Virus record (IMG/VR): IMGVR_UViG_3300021404_000007
Location: 1 to 64,000 of that record
Reading direction: 5' to 3' (one strand)
Length of the DNA stretch: 64,000 nt
DNA from: a virus
Lineage: Duplodnaviria; Heunggongvirae; Uroviricota; Caudoviricetes
Part shown: piece by piece, positions 1 through 7,591 of the stretch
Layout: every line of letters begins with the position of its first letter
Position numbering within the stretch: the stretch's first letter is position 1
The notes under the pieces: generated by a model
What the model saw: the letters and a program-made list of their open reading frames with translations, nothing else
Told to the model about the DNA's origin: nothing
Databases searched by the model: none
Translations under genes and position numbers: made by a program

Positions 1-65
1 CCGGAGCGCGCCTTCAGGAGCGCCCAAGTTTTGGACCCCCTACCACCTGGGACAACACGCGGGAA

Positions 66-131
66 GCAACGCCAAACCCGTTGTGCCGCAAGGCATTTGG
101 GCAAACCCGTTGCGGCACAGTGCATTTGGCG
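66..131. repeat. Two tandem ~30-bp iteron-like direct repeats (AAACCCGTTG.G.C.CA..GCATTTGG).
   Basis: 68-98 and 101-131 are near-identical. Confidence 0.5.
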
Positions 132-605
132 CGTGGCGGCACGCTGGCCAGCAAATTTGCTGGCACCGGCACCGGCCAGCGGCACCGGCACGGCTGGCAG
201 TGTGTAGCGCGCTACCACATTGCGACGGGTAGGCGGCACAGCGCACAGCACCGGCACAGCATGGCCACCAGCGGCCAGCACAGCGCACAGCGTGCCAGCG
301 GCCAGCCTGGCAGCCGCTAGGCCACCAGCGGCCAGCACAGCAGGCCACCAGCGGCACTGCCAGCGCACGCCAGCGGCCAAAATGGGCCTGTTTTGTAGCA
401 ATGTTTGTACCAATTTTTGGCACCCGTTAAGCCGCCTACCTGGGAAAATGGCAAAAGCACCGCCCACCAGCGGCTAAACCGTCGCAATGTGGTAGCGCGC
501 TAGCGTATATTGGGTATTGCTAGCCCACCAGCGGCCAGCACCGGCCACCAGGCCGGTTAACCGGGCAGGCACCTACGCCAGCCCACACCAGTTAGGGGTT
601 ACACC

Positions 606-1052
606 ATGGCTAAGGCCACCAGCACCACCAGCACCGCCCGCAAGGCCACCAGCAAGGCACCGGCCAAACCAGCCCGTGCACTGCCCGTGCGCAAAGCGGC
701 ACAAACCGTTACCTGGCTGCCTAAAGGCAAGGGGCCACGCAATTGCGTGGGCACGGCTGGCAACCGCACCTACAAAATTACCGGCACGCCTGCAAGCGGC
801 TGGCTGGTAACGGCCAAGGTTGGCACCGGCCAGCCTAAGCCCCTAGCTGGTGGGCAACGGGTTACGTTTGCGGCTGCCTACGCGGCTGCCATTGCGGCCA
901 ACAGTGCGGCGGCACCCTTTGTGCCCAGCAAGGCCAAGGCACCGGCCAAGGCTGCCAGCAAGGCACCGGCCAAGCGTGCACCGGCCAAGGCACCGGCCAG
1001 CGTGCCAGCGGCCAGCACCGCCGGTAACGGCCAGCCCGGTAGTGCCGCGTAG
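606..1052 (+). CDS. Hypothetical Lys/Ala-rich (KAPAK repeat) histone-tail-like protein; possibly a spurious reading of the repeats.
   Basis: 148-aa ORF. The middle is protein-like, but codon usage is atypical and the ends fall on CCGGCCAAG repeats. Confidence 0.3.
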   Translation: MAKATSTTSTARKATSKAPAKPARALPVRKAAQTVTWLPKGKGPRNCVGTAGNRTYKITGTPASGWLVTAKVGTGQPKPLAGGQRVTFAAAYAAAIAANSAAAPFVPSKAKAPAKAASKAPAKRAPAKAPASVPAASTAGNGQPGSAA

Positions 1053-1530
1053 CTAGTGCGCACTACCCGCACCACCAGCACCGGCCAGCGTGTAACCCAC
1101 GCTGGCCGGTGCTGTGCCGTTTGCATGGTGGCCCCCGGCCAGCGTGCGCACAGCACAGCACCGGCCAAGGCATGTAGCGCACTACCACATTGCGACGGCA
1201 GCACAGCACCGGCCAGCGGCCAGCGTGCGCATGTAGCGCGCTACCACATTGCGACGGCAGCTAGCGGCACAGCTGTGCCGCACGCTGTGCGCACGCTGGC
1301 CGCTGGCCGGTGCGCTGGCACGCTGGCCGGTGCTGGCACGCCTGGCGGCACGCTGGCCGCGCGGCACGGCTGGCCGGTGCCACGCCAGCGGCCAGCGGCG
1401 CCACAGGCCAAGCCTCCCCAGCGCCAGCCGCGCTGGAAGCCCGCGCCGGCGAAGGCCTGGGCGCGGGAAGCGCCGGCGACGGCGCTGGAAGGTTCGCCCG
1501 GGAACGGGCGCGGGAAGGAGGTGAGAAGCA

Positions 1531-2019
1531 ATGACGGAAGGAAGGAAGCGGAACAAGAACCGTGGACAGAGCCGCCATTCCCTAGGGAAGCAGGTCGGCG
1601 AGGAACCAACTGGAATCGACGAGTCGGCCAGAGCGCGGATGAACGCGCCGCTGTTCGAGCAGCCGGGGACAAGTCAGCCGGGAAGGCCCAAGCAGAAGGC
1701 CTGGGTCAAGCGGGACCAGAGCCTGCCTGGAACGAGCCCCCGCGCAGAGCGGAGGCACCAGGACCAGGCGGCCATTGACCGGCTGGCGGCAATGAGCGAG
1801 GAAGAGGCCAGCGCGGAACTGGACCGCATGGTGGAGAACGAGAGGCGGGCCAAGGAGCGGAAGGCGAAGGGCATACCGGAGCCGAGGCTGCAGCTTGGAC
1901 GCCGGGACTACCAGTGGAAGTACTCCCGCGAGAAGGACGAGAACGGGGAGGTGGTGGCCGAGGAGGCCACCTACGAGGAGTACTGGGACGAGAACGGGCT
2001 GGACTTCAGGCCCGAATAG
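1531..2019 (+). CDS. hypothetical protein (charged, coiled-coil-like)
   Basis: 162-aa ORF with SD GGAAGGAGG 6 nt upstream of the ATG. Confidence 0.55.
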   Translation: MTEGRKRNKNRGQSRHSLGKQVGEEPTGIDESARARMNAPLFEQPGTSQPGRPKQKAWVKRDQSLPGTSPRAERRHQDQAAIDRLAAMSEEEASAELDRMVENERRAKERKAKGIPEPRLQLGRRDYQWKYSREKDENGEVVAEEATYEEYWDENGLDFRPE

Positions 2020-2111
2020 CCGGGACGCAGTCCGGGCCACATAGGAGAGGTATGAGCAGCGGGAAACGCCCGCGAGCACGGCGGCAAGGAGCCGCCGGCG
2101 ACTGGAAGGAG

Positions 2112-2231
2112 ATGGCAGTGAAGGAATGCGTGTGGATAGGCGAGTGCTGCTGGTGCGGACAAGAGGTGGGCTTCAACCACCTGTGCGAGGCGTACCTGGA
2201 CACGATTGGCGACGAGGAGATGGCGCTGTGA
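2112..2231 (+). CDS. small Cys-rich (CxxC) protein
   Basis: GGAGATGGCA start motif with an upstream GGCAAGGAGCCGCCGG box; its stop overlaps the next start (GTGA). Confidence 0.4.
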   Translation: MAVKECVWIGECCWCGQEVGFNHLCEAYLDTIGDEEMAL

Positions 2232-2581
2232 GCTGGTGGGAAGAGCCGACGCAGGCGCGAACGGTGCTGGTGAACGTGACGTACCAGGTTGAGGTGACCG
2301 TGGTGCACCCGGGACAGGACGACCGGCCGTTGGACGTGCAGACCCAGCGCGATGCCGAGATGGTGGTGCACGACGCGCTGCTCGCCCGCGATTGGGGCGG
2401 CTACACGATGCTGGGGAAGGCGTTCAGCCGGGCGAAGCTGAGCGGCTGGGATGCGGTGAGCGTGAAGATCGCGCACAAGCGACGCAGCACCGAGGCGGAC
2501 CGGCAACGACTGGAACGCGACGAGAAGTCGGTCAGGATCGGCAAGATGATGGCCGACAAGTGGGAAGCCGACCACAACTAA
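2228..2581 (+). CDS. hypothetical protein
   Basis: GTG start overlapping the previous stop (GTGA); in the frame of ORF 2126..2581. Confidence 0.55.
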   Translation: MSWWEEPTQARTVLVNVTYQVEVTVVHPGQDDRPLDVQTQRDAEMVVHDALLARDWGGYTMLGKAFSRAKLSGWDAVSVKIAHKRRSTEADRQRLERDEKSVRIGKMMADKWEADHN

Positions 2582-2696
2582 GACGTGAAAGGTCAAAAAC
2601 CGGGGTGGTACGAGCGGAAAGCCGCCGACCAGAGAACGCATGACCCCGACGGAAGCGTGGAGCTGGCAGAGCGCCGGTTCCCAAGGAAAAAAGGAG

Positions 2697-3158
2697 ATGG
2701 CAGTGAATGGAAAGAAGAAGTTGATCGTCGGAGGCGTGGTTGCCGGCGGTCTGATGATTGGAGCGGCTGGTCTGGTGCTCGGTGCAGGCATAGCGAAGGC
2801 CGACTTTCACCAGGACGTGCAGTTCATGGAGCTGCTGGACCAGCGCGGCATCGCGCTGACGAACAACAACACGTCATGGGGAACCGGCGTCTGCAACGGG
2901 CTGGACGAAGGGTTCACGCCCAAGCAGGAGGTTGACGCCGTGAGCACCAACTCGATGCTGACCACCAGCGATGCCATTTGGTTCGTGGTCAGCGCCGAGC
3001 ACGTGTACTGCTACCGACACTTCGGCCAGGACTACTTCACCAGCCAGCCGCTGATGCACGCGCCGAGGTTCGTGCCGCCGCCAGTGACGCAGGTGCCCAA
3101 CGACGGCATCGACCACGACACCGTGGTCAGCTACGACGGCAAGGGACACCGGAAATGA
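2697..3158 (+). CDS. DUF732-like membrane/secreted protein (N-terminal TM, conserved Cys pair)
   Basis: Preceded by GGCAGAGCGCCGG (2664-2676) and AAGGAGATGGCA. The protein resembles mycobacterial DUF732 proteins. Confidence 0.6.
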   Translation: MAVNGKKKLIVGGVVAGGLMIGAAGLVLGAGIAKADFHQDVQFMELLDQRGIALTNNNTSWGTGVCNGLDEGFTPKQEVDAVSTNSMLTTSDAIWFVVSAEHVYCYRHFGQDYFTSQPLMHAPRFVPPPVTQVPNDGIDHDTVVSYDGKGHRK

Positions 3159-3271
3159 GCCTGACCGTGTGGCTGGAGATCATCGCGGGCGTCGTGGTGT
3201 TCGGTGGCGCCGAGTACTTCGGGCAGTCGGCACTGGAACGCATCGACGCCGAGCGACACCGCAACGACTAG
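3155..3271 (+). CDS. small membrane protein (38 aa)
   Basis: ATGA overlap with the upstream stop; one hydrophobic helix. Confidence 0.4.
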   Translation: MSLTVWLEIIAGVVVFGGAEYFGQSALERIDAERHRND

Positions 3272-3281
3272 CGGTTGAGTG

Positions 3282-3310
3282 TGAGGGCCGGAGCATTTTG
3301 CTCCGGCCCT
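3282..3310 (+). terminator. stem-loop GGCCGGAGC-ATTTT-GCTCCGGCC
   Basis: Perfect 9-bp inverted repeat directly after the stop. Confidence 0.45.
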
Positions 3311-3352
3311 TGCGCTGAGCCGTGGCAGGAAGCCGCGACCGAGAAGAAGGAG

Positions 3353-3568
3353 ATGGCAATGAACACGACACAGGTTCAGGTGACCCAGCTGAAGCCGATG
3401 ACCAAGGAGCAGCTGCTCAAGCGGCAGATCAAGCGCATGCGAGCGCAGGAGATCGCGCTGACGCAGACCGGCGAAGGCTTCCGTGCCTCCTGCACGGCGC
3501 GCGTCATCGGTGAGTACCGACGCCTCCTGGAGGTGGAGCAGGCGAAGGCTCGCCGGCAGTCCGCGTAA
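3353..3568 (+). CDS. hypothetical protein (MAMNTTQ...)
   Basis: GGAGATGGCAATG start motif; upstream box GGCAGGAAGCCGCGACC. Confidence 0.55.
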   Translation: MAMNTTQVQVTQLKPMTKEQLLKRQIKRMRAQEIALTQTGEGFRASCTARVIGEYRRLLEVEQAKARRQSA

Positions 3569-3586
3569 CACGCGAAACCTCGCGTG

Positions 3587-3660
3587 CCAGAGCCTTCGGG
3601 CTCTGGGCTTCAACGTGGAATAAAAACCGGCAAAAGGAAAAAGTGAAGGAGAAACCAGTG
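3587..3660 (+). promoter_or_regulatory. Hairpin CCAGAGCC-TTCG-GGCTCTGG followed by an AT-rich island containing TTCAACGTGGAA (reverse complement of TTCCACGTTGAA).
   Basis: An AT-rich intergenic island in a 66% GC genome. The 12-mer is shared with 5831 and 11454. Confidence 0.45.
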
Positions 3661-3789
3661 GAACCAACAGAAACGCCGAGCGCGTGGCAATTGAAGTACC
3701 GAATCGAAAGCGCGCAGGAGCAAGTGGACGCAGGCGCGAAGGTCGAGGAGCGCCTGGTGGAGCTGCGCCGATTGGCTGGCGTGCGATGA
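3658..3789 (+). CDS. small hypothetical protein (43 aa)
   Basis: SD AAGGAG followed by GTG; the stop overlaps the next ATG. Confidence 0.3.
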   Translation: MEPTETPSAWQLKYRIESAQEQVDAGAKVEERLVELRRLAGVR

Positions 3790-4013
3790 GAAAGCTGACC
3801 GGAGCGCAGAAGCGCGTGATCGACAACGACGACGTGGCGTGGGTCGGCTGGGACGCGAAGAACCGGCCGGTGGTGAACGCCTACTACTTCGCCGGGTTCC
3901 TGCAACCGCGCGCGAAGGACCGGCGCAACGCTGAAGCGAAGCTGAAGACCTGGGCGATCAAGAAAGACGGTGACCCCACCGAAGTGTCAGAGCCCGTGAC
4001 GGGCATCGAGTGA
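3786..4013 (+). CDS. hypothetical protein
   Basis: ATGA overlap; 76-aa ORF. Confidence 0.5.
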   Translation: MRKLTGAQKRVIDNDDVAWVGWDAKNRPVVNAYYFAGFLQPRAKDRRNAEAKLKTWAIKKDGDPTEVSEPVTGIE

Positions 4014-4024
4014 AGGAGAAGGAA

Positions 4025-4366
4025 GTGGCAGATATCTATAGCGAGCCATACGGCGAGCCATACGTGAAAGGTCCGTCCATCGACAGCGAAGGCGGACAGG
4101 AATACCAGCGGGTTCACCCGGACGTGGCGAAGGCGCTGCGCGACCGGTTCGACGGCGGCTCAGCCTCGGTGTGGCACCCGGACAAACCGGGCGTGATCCT
4201 GAGCGACATCGAGAACTGGTGGGACGGACCACGCGAGGTGAAATACCTGGGCGACGGCGAGATGGAGTTCACCAACCCGTACAACGGCGACGTGGACAGG
4301 TTCAACCTGACCGGCTACTACGACCGCGAAGGCAACTTCACGGTGCGAGGCACAGAGCAGTACTGA
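4025..4366 (+). CDS. hypothetical protein (alternative GTG start at 4010)
   Basis: SD AAGGAG 6 nt before the GTG at 4025; the ORF frame is 4010..4366. Confidence 0.55.
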   Translation: MADIYSEPYGEPYVKGPSIDSEGGQEYQRVHPDVAKALRDRFDGGSASVWHPDKPGVILSDIENWWDGPREVKYLGDGEMEFTNPYNGDVDRFNLTGYYDREGNFTVRGTEQY

Positions 4367-4404
4367 CGGCAGAACGCCGCCAGAACGAGTGAGAGGAGAT
4401 TCCG

Positions 4405-4608
4405 ATGAAGCCGAAGAGAGCCCAGGTGGAGGAGGCACTCGCCACCGAGATTCGCAACGGCGACGTGGGCCGATGCTACGGGCTTGCACTCGCGCTGGCC
4501 ATCTTGGTGGATTCCAGCACCGACGAGGAGCTGTGGCGCGTCGCCGAGGCGAATGGCCTGATGGACGTGGCCGTCCCGATGTTCAAGTGGACCGTCGGGA
4601 GATCGTGA
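4405..4608 (+). CDS. hypothetical protein
   Basis: Preceded by GGCAGAACGCCGC (4369) and SD GAGAGGAG. Confidence 0.55.
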   Translation: MKPKRAQVEEALATEIRNGDVGRCYGLALALAILVDSSTDEELWRVAEANGLMDVAVPMFKWTVGRS

Positions 4609-4682
4609 CTGCAGGTTCGCCGACGGGTGGCACGTCGGCGTTCCTGTGGCCACGGCAGGAAGCCGTGACCGATGAGAAAGGG

Positions 4683-4853
4683 ATGGCAGATATGTGTAGT
4701 TGGGATTGCCCGAAATGCGGGGCGTGCGACCCGGATGTTGAGACGTTAACGACGCCGGGATTTACCGGAGCACCGATATACGTCATGAACTATTCGTGCT
4801 GCGGATATCAGGACGTGGACGCGAGCGCCGACAACATCGACGCGGCGCGATAA
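4683..4853 (+). CDS. small Cys-rich zinc-ribbon protein
   Basis: GGGATGGCAGATATG start motif; CPKCGAC...CCGY. Confidence 0.5.
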   Translation: MADMCSWDCPKCGACDPDVETLTTPGFTGAPIYVMNYSCCGYQDVDASADNIDAAR

Positions 4854-4938
4854 CCGAAATCAAAACCGGAAAAAACCTCTGGAAGGTCACCGAGCCCGGT
4901 CGTTAAGTCCCGACCGGATTTGAAGGAAAGGAAAGTCA

Positions 4939-5442
4939 ATGGATGATGCGCGCGATTATCAGATGGATCCCAGCCCGCCGGACGAACCGGAATGGATGGA
5001 GATTCCCGAAGTCCTGTTCAGCGAGCTGCTGGCAGCTTGCGATCCGGTTCCGCAGGTCATAACGGCCGAGCGGCGCAAACAGTTGGAGCGGCAGAAGGAT
5101 GCGGTGACCGACGTGAACCGCAGCCTGCTGGTGGCAATGGTCGAGTACTTCGACGGAGCAGACCTGTTCTGCGATCACGCCGTGGGCATCTGCTCATGCG
5201 TGGCGATTGCCGTGCATGAGGAGCTGAAGATGTTCCTCCAAGGGATGCTGACCTGCCGAGCGTGTAGCGGCGAAGGCATCACGTGGGACGAGGACAAGTT
5301 CAAGGTCGAGATCGCCAAGATTGCCGCGGCCGATGGAATCACCGAGGCCCAGGCGCGCGACATGTGCGGCGACGGTCCGGGGTTCGTCCAGTGCGAGACG
5401 TGCGGCGGCAACGGCGTCGTGCGCGTGAAGAAGGAGGGGTAA
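4939..5442 (+). CDS. hypothetical protein with DnaJ-type CxxCxGxG zinc-finger repeats (CRACSGEG, CETCGGNG)
   Basis: 167-aa ORF with an SD. The motif spelling matches the DnaJ central Cys-rich domain. Confidence 0.55.
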   Translation: MDDARDYQMDPSPPDEPEWMEIPEVLFSELLAACDPVPQVITAERRKQLERQKDAVTDVNRSLLVAMVEYFDGADLFCDHAVGICSCVAIAVHEELKMFLQGMLTCRACSGEGITWDEDKFKVEIAKIAAADGITEAQARDMCGDGPGFVQCETCGGNGVVRVKKEG

Positions 5443-5720
5443 TGCAGGCACTCAACCTCGTGGCCGGACTGCTTCTCATTGGCGTTGGGCTCACGGTCGC
5501 GTTCTTCCCGGTGTACTGGCTCGTGGTCAATCGACCCAAACCACCTCCGGCACCGCCACGTCCGATTGAGATCGTGAAGCTGCCGCCAGACTTCTGGTTG
5601 CCGGAAAAGCGCGCGGCACGGATGGAGCGGTACGCCCGCGAGGAGCGTGAGCAGCGGCGGCGTAACCGCGTCTACTCCAACGGTCGCATTGGCGTTCTTT
5701 TCTGGATGTTCCGGCGATGA
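5442..5720 (+). CDS. membrane protein (1 TM, Pro-rich, basic C-terminus)
   Basis: TAATG overlap with the upstream gene. Confidence 0.5.
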   Translation: MQALNLVAGLLLIGVGLTVAFFPVYWLVVNRPKPPPAPPRPIEIVKLPPDFWLPEKRAARMERYAREEREQRRRNRVYSNGRIGVLFWMFRR

Positions 5721-5809
5721 AGGAGTCATGCCACCACGTCTACCGCGTGGAGCGCCGGTGGTACGGACCGGTCTTGGTCTGCGTGCGGTGTGAAAAGGAG
5801 CGGCCATGA
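5717..5809 (+). CDS. tiny Cys/His zinc-ribbon-like peptide (30 aa)
   Basis: ATGA overlap; CHH...CVRC. Confidence 0.25.
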   Translation: MKESCHHVYRVERRWYGPVLVCVRCEKERP

Positions 5810-5906
5810 AGCTTGAGTGAAGCTTCAATTCCACGTTGAAATTAAAATTCAAAATTCAAAATTGAAGCTTTTTTTGTTCACAATTCAAACGCGAAAGGAA
5901 ATAGAG
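5810..5906 (+). promoter_or_regulatory. AT-rich island: hairpin AAGCTTCAATT...AATTGAAGCTT plus T7 (terminator-like) enclosing TTCCACGTTGAA and AATTCAAA direct repeats.
   Basis: Read directly from the sequence. Confidence 0.45.
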
Positions 5907-6179
5907 ATGGCAAAGAACATGCAGCGTATTGAGGACAGCGTTGACGACGAGGGTTACGTCGTGCACGGATACAGCCGGTGGGACTGCGAGAAGTGCGGAC
6001 AGGAAGTCCGGCGCTATCGCGGTTCCTACGACGCGAGCTGTGACTGTGGAGCGCAGTACAACGCGAGCGGTCAGCGTTTGCGCGATGACTGGCGCGAAAA
6101 CCCGAGCTGGGACGACGAGAACATCGGCGACCTCGAAGGCGATGAGATCGCCGCGCTGCGCAGAGCGGGTGAGCTGTGA
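5907..6179 (+). CDS. zinc-ribbon protein (CEKCGQE...CDCG)
   Basis: SD GGAAATAGAG; 90 aa. Confidence 0.55.
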   Translation: MAKNMQRIEDSVDDEGYVVHGYSRWDCEKCGQEVRRYRGSYDASCDCGAQYNASGQRLRDDWRENPSWDDENIGDLEGDEIAALRRAGEL

Positions 6180-6180
6180 C

Positions 6181-6348
6181 ATGCCGATCTTCAAGGAGGG
6201 CCAAATCGTCCAGTTCGGCAACATGCTGTTTCGCGTGGTTGGACCGGAGTGGAAGTCGCGCATGGATGGCAGGTGGGGAGTGATCCTGACCGACGAGCAC
6301 CGATCTTTCCGCGCGCCGGTCGCCAAGGTCAGCGCGGTGCAGAACTAG
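6181..6348 (+). CDS. hypothetical protein (55 aa)
   Basis: Start 2 nt after the upstream stop. Confidence 0.45.
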   Translation: MPIFKEGQIVQFGNMLFRVVGPEWKSRMDGRWGVILTDEHRSFRAPVAKVSAVQN

Positions 6349-6359
6349 CGTGAAGGACC

Positions 6360-7052
6360 ATGCGTGCGATGACGAAGGGACTGCTCGACTACTGGCTCAA
6401 GCCCGGACTTCGGACCGGCGAGGTGCTGTACGACTTATCCTGGCGTGGCTCAGGTCCGATGAACGGACAGCCGAGCAAGCGGCTGGTAGTCGAGCAGATC
6501 TTCGACAGGATCGGGCCGACGCAGATTGTGGAGACGGGCACCAACCGTGGGCTCACCACGGCGTACCTCGCGGGCTTCCCGGTTCGGGTGCACACCATCG
6601 AGCTGGACGAGCGGCTGTACGGCTACTCCACCATGCGGCTGCGTCACCACCACAACGTCACGCTGCACCTGGGCCGAAGCGTGGAGGTGCTGCGCGAGCT
6701 GAAGACGGAACCGCGGGTGCTGTTCTACCTCGACGCGCACGGCGATGCCGGGAACATGTGGGACAGCGTGGAGGTGCCGCTGCACGAGGAGCTGGTGGAG
6801 ATCTTCAGCCGCTGGCCCTCGCCGGTGGTTCTGGTGGACGACTTTCAGGTCCCGGGCGACAGCTACAGCTATCTCGACCGTGGACCGGGTCGGCGGCTCA
6901 CCCCGGAGATTCTCGGGGAGTTCGAGGGTCTGTCGCGCTGGTATCCCTCGGCGCCCGCCTATACGGAGCCGGGGATGAATACCGGCTGGATGGTCATGGG
7001 AAGCGACCACTCTGCGGTCCTGGACGGGATACACGGGCTGCGACGCGGGTAA
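6360..7052 (+). CDS. class I SAM-dependent methyltransferase (O-methyltransferase-like; motif I VETGTNRG, post-II FYLDAHGD)
   Basis: 230-aa ORF; the motif spacing resembles the caffeoyl-CoA O-MT / Methyltransf_24 family. Confidence 0.6.
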   Translation: MRAMTKGLLDYWLKPGLRTGEVLYDLSWRGSGPMNGQPSKRLVVEQIFDRIGPTQIVETGTNRGLTTAYLAGFPVRVHTIELDERLYGYSTMRLRHHHNVTLHLGRSVEVLRELKTEPRVLFYLDAHGDAGNMWDSVEVPLHEELVEIFSRWPSPVVLVDDFQVPGDSYSYLDRGPGRRLTPEILGEFEGLSRWYPSAPAYTEPGMNTGWMVMGSDHSAVLDGIHGLRRG

Positions 7053-7060
7053 GAGCGTGG

Positions 7061-7095
7061 TGCGAATACGCACAGCGCGCTGTGGTATAATGGTG
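7061..7095 (+). promoter_or_regulatory. promoter-operator module: 12-bp palindrome ACAGCGCGCTGT fused to an extended -10 TGTGGTATAAT
   Basis: Perfect palindrome 7072-7083 and TGGTATAAT 7083-7091. Related modules are at 12859, 15898, 37690 and 48925. Confidence 0.55.
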
Positions 7096-7161
7096 GCAGG
7101 CCCAACCATGCCCTGAAGCAGGTTGGGCCGAAGCTATGGCAGAACGCCGTAACGGAAGGAG

Positions 7162-7377
7162 ATGGCAATGGGAGGCGTAGTAGCGCGCGACCCGAACGGC
7201 AACAAGCTGGCCGAGCAGGACTATATCGAGGGCGGCTTTGAGCCCACGATGCTGGCCCTGAAGGCGAAGCTGGACGAGGCCAACGGCTGCGACAACCGCT
7301 TGATGCAAGGCGATGGACACGGTGGACCGATCCTGACGGGAGTCGCCGAGGTCGTCGGCCGGTGGGCGTTCCAGTGA
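7162..7377 (+). CDS. hypothetical protein (MAMGGVVARD...)
   Basis: GGCAGAACGCCGT box plus GGAGATGGCAATG. Confidence 0.55.
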   Translation: MAMGGVVARDPNGNKLAEQDYIEGGFEPTMLALKAKLDEANGCDNRLMQGDGHGGPILTGVAEVVGRWAFQ

Positions 7378-7553
7378 CGGACTACGACTGGCACAGCTGC
7401 CCGAAGTGCGGTGGTATCTGGCGGCTCAGCCCGTCGGGACCGCACCAGGAGTGGAGCTATGCGGATTCGGTGCGCGACGCCATGCGCCACGAGCCACGGG
7501 TGTGCATCGACTGCACGCTCAAGGAGCAGGGCGGGCCGTACGGCCCGATGTAG
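7374..7553 (+). CDS. zinc-ribbon protein (CPKCGG...CIDC)
   Basis: GTGA overlap. Confidence 0.5.
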   Translation: MTDYDWHSCPKCGGIWRLSPSGPHQEWSYADSVRDAMRHEPRVCIDCTLKEQGGPYGPM

Positions 7554-7591
7554 ACCACCCGGCAGAGCGCCGGTGGGGAAAGGAGTACGCG

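Larger units (their letters stand above)
1..1530. repeat. Repeat-rich, probably mostly non-coding region. It contains short GC-rich words (CCAGCGGCCAGC, GCACAGC, CACCGGC, CTGGCCG/CGGCCAG in both orientations) and 4 copies of a 25-bp element GTAGCGCGCTACCACATTGCGACGG (204-228, 1174-1198, 1233-1257 forward; 481-505 inverted).
   Basis: Direct reading of the sequence. ORFs in all six frames are R/P/A-rich junk-like. The element contains the perfect 12-bp palindrome GTAGCGCGCTAC. Confidence 0.6.

Noticed and set aside
1-600. ORFs 40..423 (-), 81..320 (+), 220..477 (+), 517..810 (+), 1056..1778 (+) and others in the left repeat region
   Set aside because: They are Arg/Pro/Ala-rich junk translations of short GC-rich repeats, overlapping each other in several frames.
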